This document shows, piece by piece, positions 17,611 through 27,062 of a stretch of 64,000 bases of DNA (position 1 is its first letter; each line of letters begins with the position of its first letter). Below the pieces are notes generated by a model. The model did no database searches. It had not been told where the DNA came from and was given only the letters and a program-made list of their open reading frames with translations. The position numbers were made by a program, and so were the translations under genes. Where the stretch lies: the IMG/VR virus record IMGVR_UViG_3300027770_001980, positions 124,001-188,000 of that record; one strand, 5' to 3'.

Positions 17611-20340
17611 ATGTCTGATGTAACCGGTTCGATTGGAAATCAAGCAGTAGAGCTAAAAAATGCCGCCACGGAGGCCACGCTCAAGTTATTACTGCAAAAT
17701 ATGTCCACCAGTAATAGGCAAATAGCTGATGCTATTTCCAACATGGCAACTAAGGCAGGGTTAGATCCAACTAAAGTAGCAGGTGTTAATAAAGGACTTA
17801 CATCACTTACACAAGCCGGACAAGAAAGTGGCGGGGTATTAGGTGGATTGGGAACTTCTGCACAAGGTGGAGCAAGCTGGCTGAAAAAGATGAGCTTTTC
17901 AGTTGGAGTTGTTGATGGTGGACTTCAAAGGTTAGGTGGCGTTCTTGGCAACCTTGCACAGATAGCCGGTAGCGGCTCAATGAACATAAGTGAGTTTGGG
18001 GCCGCACTTAAAGGACTACCGCTGGTTGGTTGGTTCCTTGGGTTAGCTGGAGAATTATCAAAATTAAAAGAAGCCGAATTTAAAACATATCAAAATATCT
18101 CTCAAAGTGGTATTCAAATGGGTGGGTCATTAACTGGTCTGCGTCATGCTGCTATGGGCAGCATGATGACCTTGGATCAGCTTGGTGGTGTACTGAGAAA
18201 AAATTCTGAAACATTTACCAGAATGGGCGCAAACGCCGACGAAGGTGCTAAAAGATTTACACAAATGTCTGCACGGTTGGTAAGTTTAAACGACGGTGCT
18301 CTCATGAAGTTAGGACTCACAGGAGAGCAAGCTGCTAATGGGTTGGCGTCTTATATAGAAATGACCGGTGGTCTATCAAAAAGTGAACAACAAGATTCAA
18401 CTAAAACTGTTGCAAATACTGCAAAATATTTAGAACAACTTGATGCTTTAGCCGATATAACAGGTAAAAGCAAAGAGGAGATGGAAAAACAATTAAAAGA
18501 ACAAAGTAAAAATGCCGCATGGCAGGCTAAGTTAGCTACCATGACTCCTGAACAGAAAGAAAAAGCAATAGCAGGTATGGCTAAAGCATTGGCGCTTGGC
18601 GGTAAAGGAGCAGCAGATGCATTCCAATCTAAAGTCATGGGTGTTCCTCCTATTACTAAAGAAGCTAAAGCATTTACTGCTGTTATGGGAGAAACAAACA
18701 AATCTGTAATAGGCATGGCCAATGGAGTTAACGATTCATCACAAACTTTAGCAGATCAAAATAAACAGTATGCACAAGGACAGCAGGCTACTATTAAAGA
18801 TATGGGTAAAATGGGCGAACAACAAAGATTTTACATGATACAGCAAGGTGGTGCCGTTGGTGGTGTGATGCAAACAGTCGGGGAGGTTGCTCTTAAATCA
18901 AAAGACAAAACACTTGAAGAACTTAACCTTGATAGTGTTGCTGCTGAGAAAAAAAGACAATTAGAAGGAAGTGAAGCCGCCAGAGCAGCAGAAGCACAGA
19001 AAGCGTGGGTCGCGGTACAACAAGCATTATACGATGCATTAACTGGTTTAATGGGCGATCCCCAGGGCATATTAATGGAAGCTGCTCAAATTGCCCTTGG
19101 CATGATACAGTGGCTAACCAAATGGAAAAGCGAAATTATAACTCTTGTTAAAGTTATAGCCGGCGGCGCCGCAGTGATGACAGTGTTTTGGGCATTTATG
19201 AAAGCTAAAACCGCTATAGAAGCTGCACAGTCTTCAAAAGCAAGTGGAGGCGGATTATTAAAACAATTTAGTGCTGCTACTGGAGTAGGAGCAGGTGCAT
19301 TAGGATCAAACCCAAATAATCCAATGTGGGTTAAAGTTGTTGGTGGTGGCGCTTTAGGTGGGGGCGGTGCCGGTGGTAGAGGAGGTGCAGGGGGCGGCGG
19401 AGCCGGTGGTGGAGGAGGTCCGGGCATTGGTTCTAAGTTAGCCGAAGGATTGGGCGGCTTAGGAAAAGGTCTTCAAGGATTGCTTTCAGGTCTTGGAAAA
19501 GGTGCCGGGGAATTAATTAGAAGTATATTAACCGGATTAGGTAATGGGTTAGGTGCATTAGGAAAACCACAGGTGATGTTAGGTGCTGTTACATTAGGAT
19601 TGTTAGCGGCTGTATTGTGGGGAGCATCTAAAGCACTACAAAATTTTGCCACAATATCCTGGGAAGATATGGGAAAAGGATTTACCACGTTGCTGGGATT
19701 AGGAGCGTTGGCAGCAGTCTTAAGTTTTGCATCTCCTCTTATTATTGCTGGCTCGGTTGCTATTGGTGCAATGGGATTAGCACTAATCCCATTTGCTGTA
19801 GCGATGGCATTGGTTAGTGTATCGATGCCTACATTTACTGCCGGACTTACTGCAATGTCAACTATCAACGGTGTCGGCTTAGGTAAAGTTGCACTCGGAG
19901 CAGGTGCATTAGGTGGAGCACTTATTGCATGGGCACCGTTTGCTGTATTTGGTAGTGTTGCTGCAAGTGCGTTAACTCAGATGGCTGATAGTTTTGCAAA
20001 ACTTAGTACTGTAGATCCTGTTAAATTAGAAAAAGTAGCAGCAGCAATGCAAAAAGTTAAAGATGCAACACCTGGTATTGGCCAAGCAGTTGGTGGCGCT
20101 ATATCTGGATTTGCCAATAAATTAATTGGTACAAGTGAACCAGCACCGGCTGCCGCCGCAGCAAAATCGACACCCGCAGCAACTGATACAAGCAATCCAG
20201 CAAATGTTACAGTAACTGAACTAAGATCGTTAAATAAACAAATAACAGAAGTTTTGAAATTTATTAAAGAAACAGCTGATAATACTAAACAAACCGTGTC
20301 TGCTACTAAAGCACTCGACGGTAATAGATTTAAAAGGTAA
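17611..20340 (+). CDS. Tail tape measure protein
   Basis: 909 aa, helical A/G/K/Q-rich, poly-Gly stretch and several hydrophobic helices in the C-terminal third; divergent from gp26/gp51-like chaperones. Confidence 0.7.
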   Translation: MSDVTGSIGNQAVELKNAATEATLKLLLQNMSTSNRQIADAISNMATKAGLDPTKVAGVNKGLTSLTQAGQESGGVLGGLGTSAQGGASWLKKMSFSVGVVDGGLQRLGGVLGNLAQIAGSGSMNISEFGAALKGLPLVGWFLGLAGELSKLKEAEFKTYQNISQSGIQMGGSLTGLRHAAMGSMMTLDQLGGVLRKNSETFTRMGANADEGAKRFTQMSARLVSLNDGALMKLGLTGEQAANGLASYIEMTGGLSKSEQQDSTKTVANTAKYLEQLDALADITGKSKEEMEKQLKEQSKNAAWQAKLATMTPEQKEKAIAGMAKALALGGKGAADAFQSKVMGVPPITKEAKAFTAVMGETNKSVIGMANGVNDSSQTLADQNKQYAQGQQATIKDMGKMGEQQRFYMIQQGGAVGGVMQTVGEVALKSKDKTLEELNLDSVAAEKKRQLEGSEAARAAEAQKAWVAVQQALYDALTGLMGDPQGILMEAAQIALGMIQWLTKWKSEIITLVKVIAGGAAVMTVFWAFMKAKTAIEAAQSSKASGGGLLKQFSAATGVGAGALGSNPNNPMWVKVVGGGALGGGGAGGRGGAGGGGAGGGGGPGIGSKLAEGLGGLGKGLQGLLSGLGKGAGELIRSILTGLGNGLGALGKPQVMLGAVTLGLLAAVLWGASKALQNFATISWEDMGKGFTTLLGLGALAAVLSFASPLIIAGSVAIGAMGLALIPFAVAMALVSVSMPTFTAGLTAMSTINGVGLGKVALGAGALGGALIAWAPFAVFGSVAASALTQMADSFAKLSTVDPVKLEKVAAAMQKVKDATPGIGQAVGGAISGFANKLIGTSEPAPAAAAAKSTPAATDTSNPANVTVTELRSLNKQITEVLKFIKETADNTKQTVSATKALDGNRFKR

Positions 20341-20348
20341 TATATAAT

Positions 20349-22070
20349 ATGGCTGGTTGGAAAAAGTATTTCACCCCGGTAAATGCATCAGGTGCTTTAA
20401 GCCCTATAAGCGGATCTACGAATTCTCAAACAAGCCCTACCCACAGGAATTATTCCAGCTACCTGCCTGATATATATTCCGGACATCCAAATCGTTTAGA
20501 ACGTTATGGACAATATGATACTATGGATGCAGACAGTGAAGTTAATGCTGCATTAGATATTTTAGCTGAGTTCTGCACACAAGCCAATGAAGAAAATGGA
20601 ACACCATTTAGAGTATTTTTTAATGATCATGCTACCAGCACTGAAATCAAGATCATTAGAAAGTACATGCAGCAATGGTCCAAACTGAACAAATTCCAAA
20701 CAAGAATATTTAAAATTGTACGTAACAGTTTCAAATATGGCGACACATTCTTTGTCAGAGATCCTGAAACTCAAGCATGGATGTACATTGATCCTAACAA
20801 AGTAGATCGTATTATTGTCAATGAATCAGAAGGTAAGAAGCCTGAACAATACATGATTCGTGACTTCAACCCTAACTTAGAAACATTAGCAACTACTGCC
20901 ATCAACCCAAGTAACATTACCGGTGGTGGTAGTCAATATGCCGGTGGTGGTATGAGTCCAGGGCAAGGTGGTGCAGGTGGAAGTAGGGGAATGACCGGGT
21001 CGTACCCAAGCAATGTGGCCGGTAACAGATTTAGTAAAATGGAAAATCAATATGCTATTGATGCTCGCCACGTTATCCATATTAGCATGAGTGAAGGCCT
21101 TGATAACAATTTTCCGTTTGGTACAAGTCTAATGGAAAGTATCTTCAAGGTATTCAAACAAAAAGAATTATTAGAAGATGCTATTCTAATCTACCGTATA
21201 CAACGTGCTCCAGAACGTAGAGTATTTTACATTGACGTAGGAAATATGCCCAGCCATTTGGCTATGAGTTTTGTTGAAAGAGTTAAAAATGAAGTCAACC
21301 AGCGCCGTATTCCAAGTGCAACCGGTGGTGGTCAAAGTGTAGTAGATGCAGGATATAATCCATTAAGTATTAATGAAGATTACTTTTTCCCACAGACCGC
21401 AGAGGGCAGAGGTAGTAAGGTTGAAGTATTACCCGGCGGTACTAATTTAGGAGAAATTGATGACCTTAAATATTTTACTAATAAGTTGTTTAGGGCTTTA
21501 CGCATACCTAGCACTTATCTTCCGACCGGCTCTGACGACGGAGGAAGCAACTTTAATGATGGTAGAGTTGGAACAGCATACATTCAAGAACTTAGATTCA
21601 ACAAGTATTGCGAGCGATTACAAAGCCTAATGAACGAACAGTTTGATACTGAATTCAAATTATATCTACATACTAAAGGCATTAACATAGACAGCAATCT
21701 ATTTGAAGTTAAGTTTAATCCACCGCAGAACTTTGCAAGTTATAGACAATCAGAAATGGACACAGCTCGTGTTAATACGTTTAACACTATGATTGCAATT
21801 CCGCAAATCAGTAAAAGATTTGCATTAAAGCGTTTCTTAGGACTTACAGCAGAAGAAATGGCCGACAATGAAAAACTATGGAAAGAAGAAAACATTGATG
21901 AGGATACTTCTTTACCAGCAAGTGCAGAATTAAGAAGCGTAGGAATTACTGCAAACGGAATGGGTGGTGATATATCTTCGTTAAATTCTGCAACAGAAGC
22001 ACCTCCACCTGCTGAGCCGGGTGCAGAAGCAGCAGCACCTGCTGCTCCAGAAACTCCTCCAGCAGCATAA
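20349..22070 (+). CDS. gp20: Portal protein
   Basis: RAPERRVFYIDVGNMP, EDYFFPQ..GRGS, LPGGTNLGEIDD motifs of the T4 gp20 family. Confidence 0.93.
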   Translation: MAGWKKYFTPVNASGALSPISGSTNSQTSPTHRNYSSYLPDIYSGHPNRLERYGQYDTMDADSEVNAALDILAEFCTQANEENGTPFRVFFNDHATSTEIKIIRKYMQQWSKLNKFQTRIFKIVRNSFKYGDTFFVRDPETQAWMYIDPNKVDRIIVNESEGKKPEQYMIRDFNPNLETLATTAINPSNITGGGSQYAGGGMSPGQGGAGGSRGMTGSYPSNVAGNRFSKMENQYAIDARHVIHISMSEGLDNNFPFGTSLMESIFKVFKQKELLEDAILIYRIQRAPERRVFYIDVGNMPSHLAMSFVERVKNEVNQRRIPSATGGGQSVVDAGYNPLSINEDYFFPQTAEGRGSKVEVLPGGTNLGEIDDLKYFTNKLFRALRIPSTYLPTGSDDGGSNFNDGRVGTAYIQELRFNKYCERLQSLMNEQFDTEFKLYLHTKGINIDSNLFEVKFNPPQNFASYRQSEMDTARVNTFNTMIAIPQISKRFALKRFLGLTAEEMADNEKLWKEENIDEDTSLPASAELRSVGITANGMGGDISSLNSATEAPPPAEPGAEAAAPAAPETPPAA

Positions 22071-22078
22071 ATATTGAT

Positions 22079-22324
22079 ATGTTATTGAACGAGTTCATTT
22101 ATTTTGATAGTAAGCAATCTAATCAAGTTGACGATTTGAGATATAACTCTGACAATGATACAAGTGTTTTGAAATCAAAAGATTTACGTAAAACCCGATT
22201 AACATTACGCATGTTGAACGATTTACGTAAAGCTGGTGATGCAAGAGAAGAAGAGAAAAAAGAAGAATTAGGTTTAGTAAGAAAGATGTATGCTGCACCT
22301 CCTCCGGAAGCAGCAGCAGCATAA
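22079..22324 (+). CDS. Small prohead-associated protein (81 aa)
   Basis: TAAATA-N5-ATG; MLLNEF start; RKTRLTLRMLNDLRK; between portal and core genes. Confidence 0.55.
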   Translation: MLLNEFIYFDSKQSNQVDDLRYNSDNDTSVLKSKDLRKTRLTLRMLNDLRKAGDAREEEKKEELGLVRKMYAAPPPEAAAA

Positions 22325-22336
22325 TTTTACTAAAAA

Positions 22337-22351
22337 TGTCAAATTTTGACA
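22337..22351. promoter_or_regulatory. Perfect inverted repeat TGTCAAA-T-TTTGACA, operator-like
   Basis: 7-bp arms; upstream of the head assembly operon promoter (TAAATA ~22422). Confidence 0.4.
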
Positions 22352-22477
22352 AAATCTTATGCCCAATGGCCTAAAATGAGCCGTTTTTGGCCTATTTCCC
22401 ATACCTTTATTAAAATAGGTTTAAATAAGCACACAATACAGCCTTGCCGCGCAATCTAATTAAGGAGAATACACGCA

Positions 22478-23494
22478 ATGTCTACAAAATTTGAACAACT
22501 ATTGGATCTCATAGTTAACGAAGAAAATGAAAAAGCCAATGAGCTTTTCCATGCTATCGTTGTTGAGAAGTCCAGAGAAATTTACGAAAATCTAATCGCC
22601 GAAGAAGCTGAAGAAGAATCGGCAGAAATGGATGAAGCCAAAGACGAAGAAGAAGAAGAATCAGTTGATGAAGGTGCTGATGAAGAAATGGATGAGTCCG
22701 ATGAAGAAATGGACGAGTCAATGGACTTAGAAGATTCCTACAGCATGGAAGCCGGTGACGAAGAAGGTGATGCAACTGACAAGTTTGGTAAAGACATCGG
22801 AGCCGATGACGAAGAAGATGACGAAATGGATATGGGTATGGATGATGAATCCAGTGAAGAAACTGCAATCATGGATATCAAATCTGCAATCGAAGAACTT
22901 GAAGCAGCATTCGCTGAACTTGAGCACGCTAAAGGTGGCGGCAGCGATATGGGATTTGGTAGCGATGAAGAGCCAATGGACGGTGGTGACGACATGATGG
23001 GAGGTAGCGATGACATGATGGGAAAGCCAGCATTTGAAGGTCGCCGTGTTACCCGTGAATACGTTGAGAAAGTTGGTAACGACTGGGAAAAGAATAGCCA
23101 AAAAAGCCAAGGTCAGTACGTAGGTTCTGGTTCTGGTGATAAAGATGGTAGCCCAGTTGAAGGCCGTAGCCCAATTGCTTCTGGTAAAAACAAGCCAGGT
23201 CCAGCAAATGTAAATGGTAAAAACTTAGTTCAAGGTTCTACCGAAGGTCAAAACAATACTGGAACAAGCCCAGGTAAAGTAAACAAAGGCATCACCCCAG
23301 AAAAGAGTGAGAAGTTTGCCAGTGGTAACGGAAATGTTCCTGGTGGAAAAATGGGTGTTAAGAACCTAAGTAAAGTTGGATCGGGTTATCCTGGTAACAA
23401 CAAGACTCCTGGTCCAGTTGGATCCGGTTCAGGCGATAAAGCTGGTCAAACCAGCGTTGGCGCTGTAAAGCAATTCTTAAAGCCAGCTAATTAA
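22478..23494 (+). CDS. Prohead core protein (gp67/gp68-like position); acidic N-half, G/K/N/S-rich C-half
   Basis: SD AAGGAG; D/E-rich; first gene of the protease-scaffold-capsid operon. Confidence 0.6.
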   Translation: MSTKFEQLLDLIVNEENEKANELFHAIVVEKSREIYENLIAEEAEEESAEMDEAKDEEEEESVDEGADEEMDESDEEMDESMDLEDSYSMEAGDEEGDATDKFGKDIGADDEEDDEMDMGMDDESSEETAIMDIKSAIEELEAAFAELEHAKGGGSDMGFGSDEEPMDGGDDMMGGSDDMMGKPAFEGRRVTREYVEKVGNDWEKNSQKSQGQYVGSGSGDKDGSPVEGRSPIASGKNKPGPANVNGKNLVQGSTEGQNNTGTSPGKVNKGITPEKSEKFASGNGNVPGGKMGVKNLSKVGSGYPGNNKTPGPVGSGSGDKAGQTSVGAVKQFLKPAN

Positions 23495-23507
23495 TTAGAG
23501 AATTAGG

Positions 23508-24137
23508 ATGAAAGTATCTTATCTAAGAGAACATCTAAGTTTTGATCAATCCGGCATCGTAATGGAGTCGGATGACAAAGATGGCAAAAGCCTTTACTTA
23601 AAAGGTATTGCTATCCAAGGTGGTATTCGCAATGCAAATCAAAGAGTCTATCCTGTAGACGAAATTGAACGTGCTGTGAAAACATTAAATGATCAACTAC
23701 AAAGTGGTTACTCTGTATTAGGTGAAGTAGACCATCCAGATGATCTAAAAGTGAATTTGGACCGTGTATCCCATATGATTACTCAGATGTGGATGGAAGG
23801 TCCTAATGGATATGGCAAGATGAAAATTTTGCCTACGCCAATGGGCAACTTAATTCGTACTATGCTTGAAAGCGGTGTGAAACTTGGTGTCAGTAGTAGA
23901 GGCAGCGGTAACGTTGATGAAATGTCTGGCAAAGTATCCGATTTTGAGATTATCACAGTTGATGTAGTTGCACAACCCAGCGCACCCGGTGCATATCCTA
24001 CTCCTGTTTATGAGCATCTCATGAACACCAGAGGTGGAAACCGTGCTTTTGGTGTTGCTAAAGAAGTAAAAGAAGATCCAAAGGCCCAGAAATATCTTCA
24101 AGAGAGTCTCTTGAATATTATTAAAGGTCTAAAATAA
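23508..24137 (+). CDS. gp21: Prohead protease
   Basis: LGEVDHP, LGVSSRGSG, DVVAQPSAP motifs of the gp21 family. Confidence 0.93.
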   Translation: MKVSYLREHLSFDQSGIVMESDDKDGKSLYLKGIAIQGGIRNANQRVYPVDEIERAVKTLNDQLQSGYSVLGEVDHPDDLKVNLDRVSHMITQMWMEGPNGYGKMKILPTPMGNLIRTMLESGVKLGVSSRGSGNVDEMSGKVSDFEIITVDVVAQPSAPGAYPTPVYEHLMNTRGGNRAFGVAKEVKEDPKAQKYLQESLLNIIKGLK

Positions 24138-24153
24138 GCCCGAGGAGAAAAAT

Positions 24154-25236
24154 ATGGACGCATTCAAACAATTAGTAGAAGCAGGAGTAATGACAGAAGA
24201 CACACGTTCTGTTATTGAATCTGCCTTTGCCGAGAAAATTCAAGAGAATCGCGACCAAGTCACCGCAGAACTTCGTGAAGAGTTTGCACAAAAATACAGT
24301 CATGACAAAACAGTTATGGTTGAAGCAATCGATAAGATGTTAGGCGACAGATTGGCCGTAGAGATGGCCGAATTGTATAATGATAAAAGAGCACTGGCTG
24401 AAGCAAAAGTAGCATACCAACAACGTATTGCTGAAGATGCTAAAAAGTTAGAAGGCTTTGTTATCAAACAATTAGGCAAAGAAGTTGTTGAGTTCCAAAG
24501 CGATCGTAAGAAAGTTGCTGAGAACTTTAGCAAATTAGAACAATTTATTGTACACGCATTGGCAAAAGAAATCCAAGAGTTTGCAGTAGATAAACGTGAT
24601 TTAGCTGAAACGAAAGTTAAGTTAGTTCGCGAAGCAAAAAACAAGTTTGAAGAAATTAAACAAAGTTTCATTAAGCGTAGCGCACAAGTAGTCGAGTCTA
24701 CAGTCACTAAACAAATGAGATCTGAAATCAAGCAATTGAAAGAAGATATCGATAGTGCCCGTAACAACGCATTTGGTCGTAAGTTATATGAAGCATTTGC
24801 ACAAGAGTATTCTGCGTCTTTCCTAAACGAAAAATCTGAAACAAGTAAATTGTTAAAGATCATTTCTAAGAAAGACCAAGAACTTGCAGAAACAAAGCAA
24901 GCATTGACAGAAAAGTCTACCATTGTTGAGTCTAAGGACCGCGAAATCCGCGTTACTAAAGATTTAATGGAAAGAAAACAAGTCATGGCTGAATTGTTAT
25001 CACCAATCACTGGTGAAAAAAGAGCGCTAATGAGTCAGTTACTTGAGTCTGTTGACACAAGAAAACTTTCAGTAGCATTTGAGAAATACCTACCAACAGT
25101 AATGGAAGGTGCAACAATTAAAACAGCGAAAGCAACATTAACTGAAAGCACGGAAGTAACTGGAAATCGAGAAAGCAAGCCACAGGTAGGCTTAGATAAC
25201 ATCTTAGATATCCGCAAGTTAGCGGGTCTAAAATAA
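24154..25236 (+). CDS. gp22: Prohead scaffold protein
   Basis: Coiled-coil E/K/A-rich protein between protease and capsid genes. Confidence 0.8.
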   Translation: MDAFKQLVEAGVMTEDTRSVIESAFAEKIQENRDQVTAELREEFAQKYSHDKTVMVEAIDKMLGDRLAVEMAELYNDKRALAEAKVAYQQRIAEDAKKLEGFVIKQLGKEVVEFQSDRKKVAENFSKLEQFIVHALAKEIQEFAVDKRDLAETKVKLVREAKNKFEEIKQSFIKRSAQVVESTVTKQMRSEIKQLKEDIDSARNNAFGRKLYEAFAQEYSASFLNEKSETSKLLKIISKKDQELAETKQALTEKSTIVESKDREIRVTKDLMERKQVMAELLSPITGEKRALMSQLLESVDTRKLSVAFEKYLPTVMEGATIKTAKATLTESTEVTGNRESKPQVGLDNILDIRKLAGLK

Positions 25237-25256
25237 TTATATTCAAGGAGACATAA

Positions 25257-26438
25257 ATGTCACAATTATTAAATGAAAGATGGTCAGAGACCAAAGAAGC
25301 TCTGCTTGAAGGCCTAACTGGTAACCGTCGTGCAAGCATGGGCGTTTGCCTAGAAAACACACGTCGCAGTTTGTCTGAAAGCGCAACTGCTGGTTCAACC
25401 AGCGCTGGTAACATTGCAACACTTAACCGTGTTATTCTACCAGTTATTCGTCGTGTAATGCCTACAGTTATTGCCAATGAAATCATCGGTGTTCAGCCAA
25501 TGACTGGCCCTGTTGGTCAAATCCACACTCTACGTGTTCGCTACGCTGATGGCGTTGCTTCCGGTGATGTAGTAACAGCTGGTGAAGAGGCTCTAAGCCC
25601 ATTCAAGATTGCTGCTGCTTACTCTGGTAACAACAGTGCTACTCCAGGTGCAGATACAACTGCTAAACTTGAAGGCACACCAGGCAAGCGTATGTCCATT
25701 CAAATCTTGAAGACACCAGTTGAAGCTAAGTCTCGTAAACTAAGCGCTCGCTGGACATTTGAGGCTGCTCAAGATGCACAAGCCCAACAAGGTATTGACA
25801 TTGAAGCAGAAATCATGGCTGCGTTAGCTCAAGAAATTACAGCTGAAATTGACCAAGAAATTCTAGCAAGTCTACGTGCTTTAGCAACTCTTGAAGAGTC
25901 TTATGACCAATCATTAGTTTCTGGTACAGCTACATTTGTTGGTGACGAGCACGCTGCTCTTGCTATCCAGATCAACCGTGTAAGCAACTTGATTGCTCAA
26001 CGTACACGTCGTGGTTCTGGTAACTGGGCTGTTGTTTCTAACCAAGCATTGACAATTCTACAATCTGCTACTACCTCTGCTTTTGCACGTACAACAGAAG
26101 GTACATTTGAAGCTCCTACAAACACTAAGTTTGTTGGTACATTGAATGGTGCAATGCGTGTGTATGTTGACGCTTATCTAAGCGACACATCAGATGTAAA
26201 CCAAGTTCTGGTTGGATACAAAGGTACAAGCGAAGCAGATGCTGCTGCGTTCTATTGCCCATATATTCCTCTAATGAGCTCTGGCGTTGTTCTAGATCCA
26301 GCAACATTTGAGCCAGTAGTTGGCTTCCTAACACGTTACGGTTATGTAGAGTTAAGCAACACTGCTTCTTCTCTAGGTAACGCTGCTGACTATTTAGGTC
26401 GTGTTGAAATCAAGAGCTCCACAGTAAGCTTCAAGTAA
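25257..26438 (+). CDS. gp23: Major capsid protein
   Basis: IIGVQPMTGPVGQIHTLR, AKSRKLSARWTFEAAQD, AAAFYCPYIPL, TRYG motifs; LSE/S cleavage site; strong SD and terminator. Confidence 0.95.
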   Translation: MSQLLNERWSETKEALLEGLTGNRRASMGVCLENTRRSLSESATAGSTSAGNIATLNRVILPVIRRVMPTVIANEIIGVQPMTGPVGQIHTLRVRYADGVASGDVVTAGEEALSPFKIAAAYSGNNSATPGADTTAKLEGTPGKRMSIQILKTPVEAKSRKLSARWTFEAAQDAQAQQGIDIEAEIMAALAQEITAEIDQEILASLRALATLEESYDQSLVSGTATFVGDEHAALAIQINRVSNLIAQRTRRGSGNWAVVSNQALTILQSATTSAFARTTEGTFEAPTNTKFVGTLNGAMRVYVDAYLSDTSDVNQVLVGYKGTSEADAAAFYCPYIPLMSSGVVLDPATFEPVVGFLTRYGYVELSNTASSLGNAADYLGRVEIKSSTVSFK

Positions 26439-26460
26439 TCCGTTACTTGTAATACAAACA

Positions 26461-26484
26461 AAAACCCGCTTCGGCGGGTTTTTT
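26461..26484 (+). terminator. Rho-independent terminator after the capsid gene
   Basis: AAAACCCGC-TTCG-GCGGGTTTT-TT. Confidence 0.9.
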
Positions 26485-26501
26485 GTTGAATTAAATATGT
26501 A

Positions 26502-26969
26502 ATGTTAGATCAGGTACAACAATATAATCTTGTATTTCCTAAAGAATTGATTAAAAATATCTACGTCTTGAAAAATAAAAATAGACCAATCTTAAGAAGT
26601 AATAGGTTAGGATGGCAATCACCACAATATGAAAACACCAATGATATCAAATGGATCAATAATTTTTTATCAGAATGCATGACAATTTCTAATATAACTG
26701 AGTTGCCAAATCAAATATGGTTTAATATAAGTCCAAAAAATGCATATCACGATTGGCATAGTCATGGTAGATATAATCGTATAGGAGTATTCTATATACA
26801 AATTCCAGAGAACAGCGGAAACATAGAATTTAAAGATAATGATACAATCTATTCTATCACACCATACGAAGGATTATTGTTAATTGCTCCTGGGGGAGTT
26901 GAGCATCGAGTATTATCTAACAATTCAGATCAAGATAGAATAAGTATGGCGTTCAACTTATCCAATTAG
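26502..26969 (+). CDS. 2OG-Fe(II) oxygenase-like protein
   Basis: HDWHSH...HRV...RISMAFNL iron/2OG-binding pattern; very AT-rich; own TAAATA-N4-ATG. Confidence 0.7.
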   Translation: MLDQVQQYNLVFPKELIKNIYVLKNKNRPILRSNRLGWQSPQYENTNDIKWINNFLSECMTISNITELPNQIWFNISPKNAYHDWHSHGRYNRIGVFYIQIPENSGNIEFKDNDTIYSITPYEGLLLIAPGGVEHRVLSNNSDQDRISMAFNLSN

Positions 26970-27055
26970 TATAAATACACTGTTCACTCTTAGGTTAGAG
27001 TTTATGCGGAACCCCACCGCGTAGTAGATAGAATCTACTAGTTTATTTTAAGGAG
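26970..27055 (+). promoter_or_regulatory. Late promoter TATAAATA followed by a triple-hairpin 5' leader and SD
   Basis: TATAAATA 26970-26977; ACTCT/AGAGT, TATGCGG/CCGCGTA, TAGTAGA/TCTACTA; AAGGAG 27050-27055. Confidence 0.65.
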
Positions 27056-27062
27056 AAACAAA

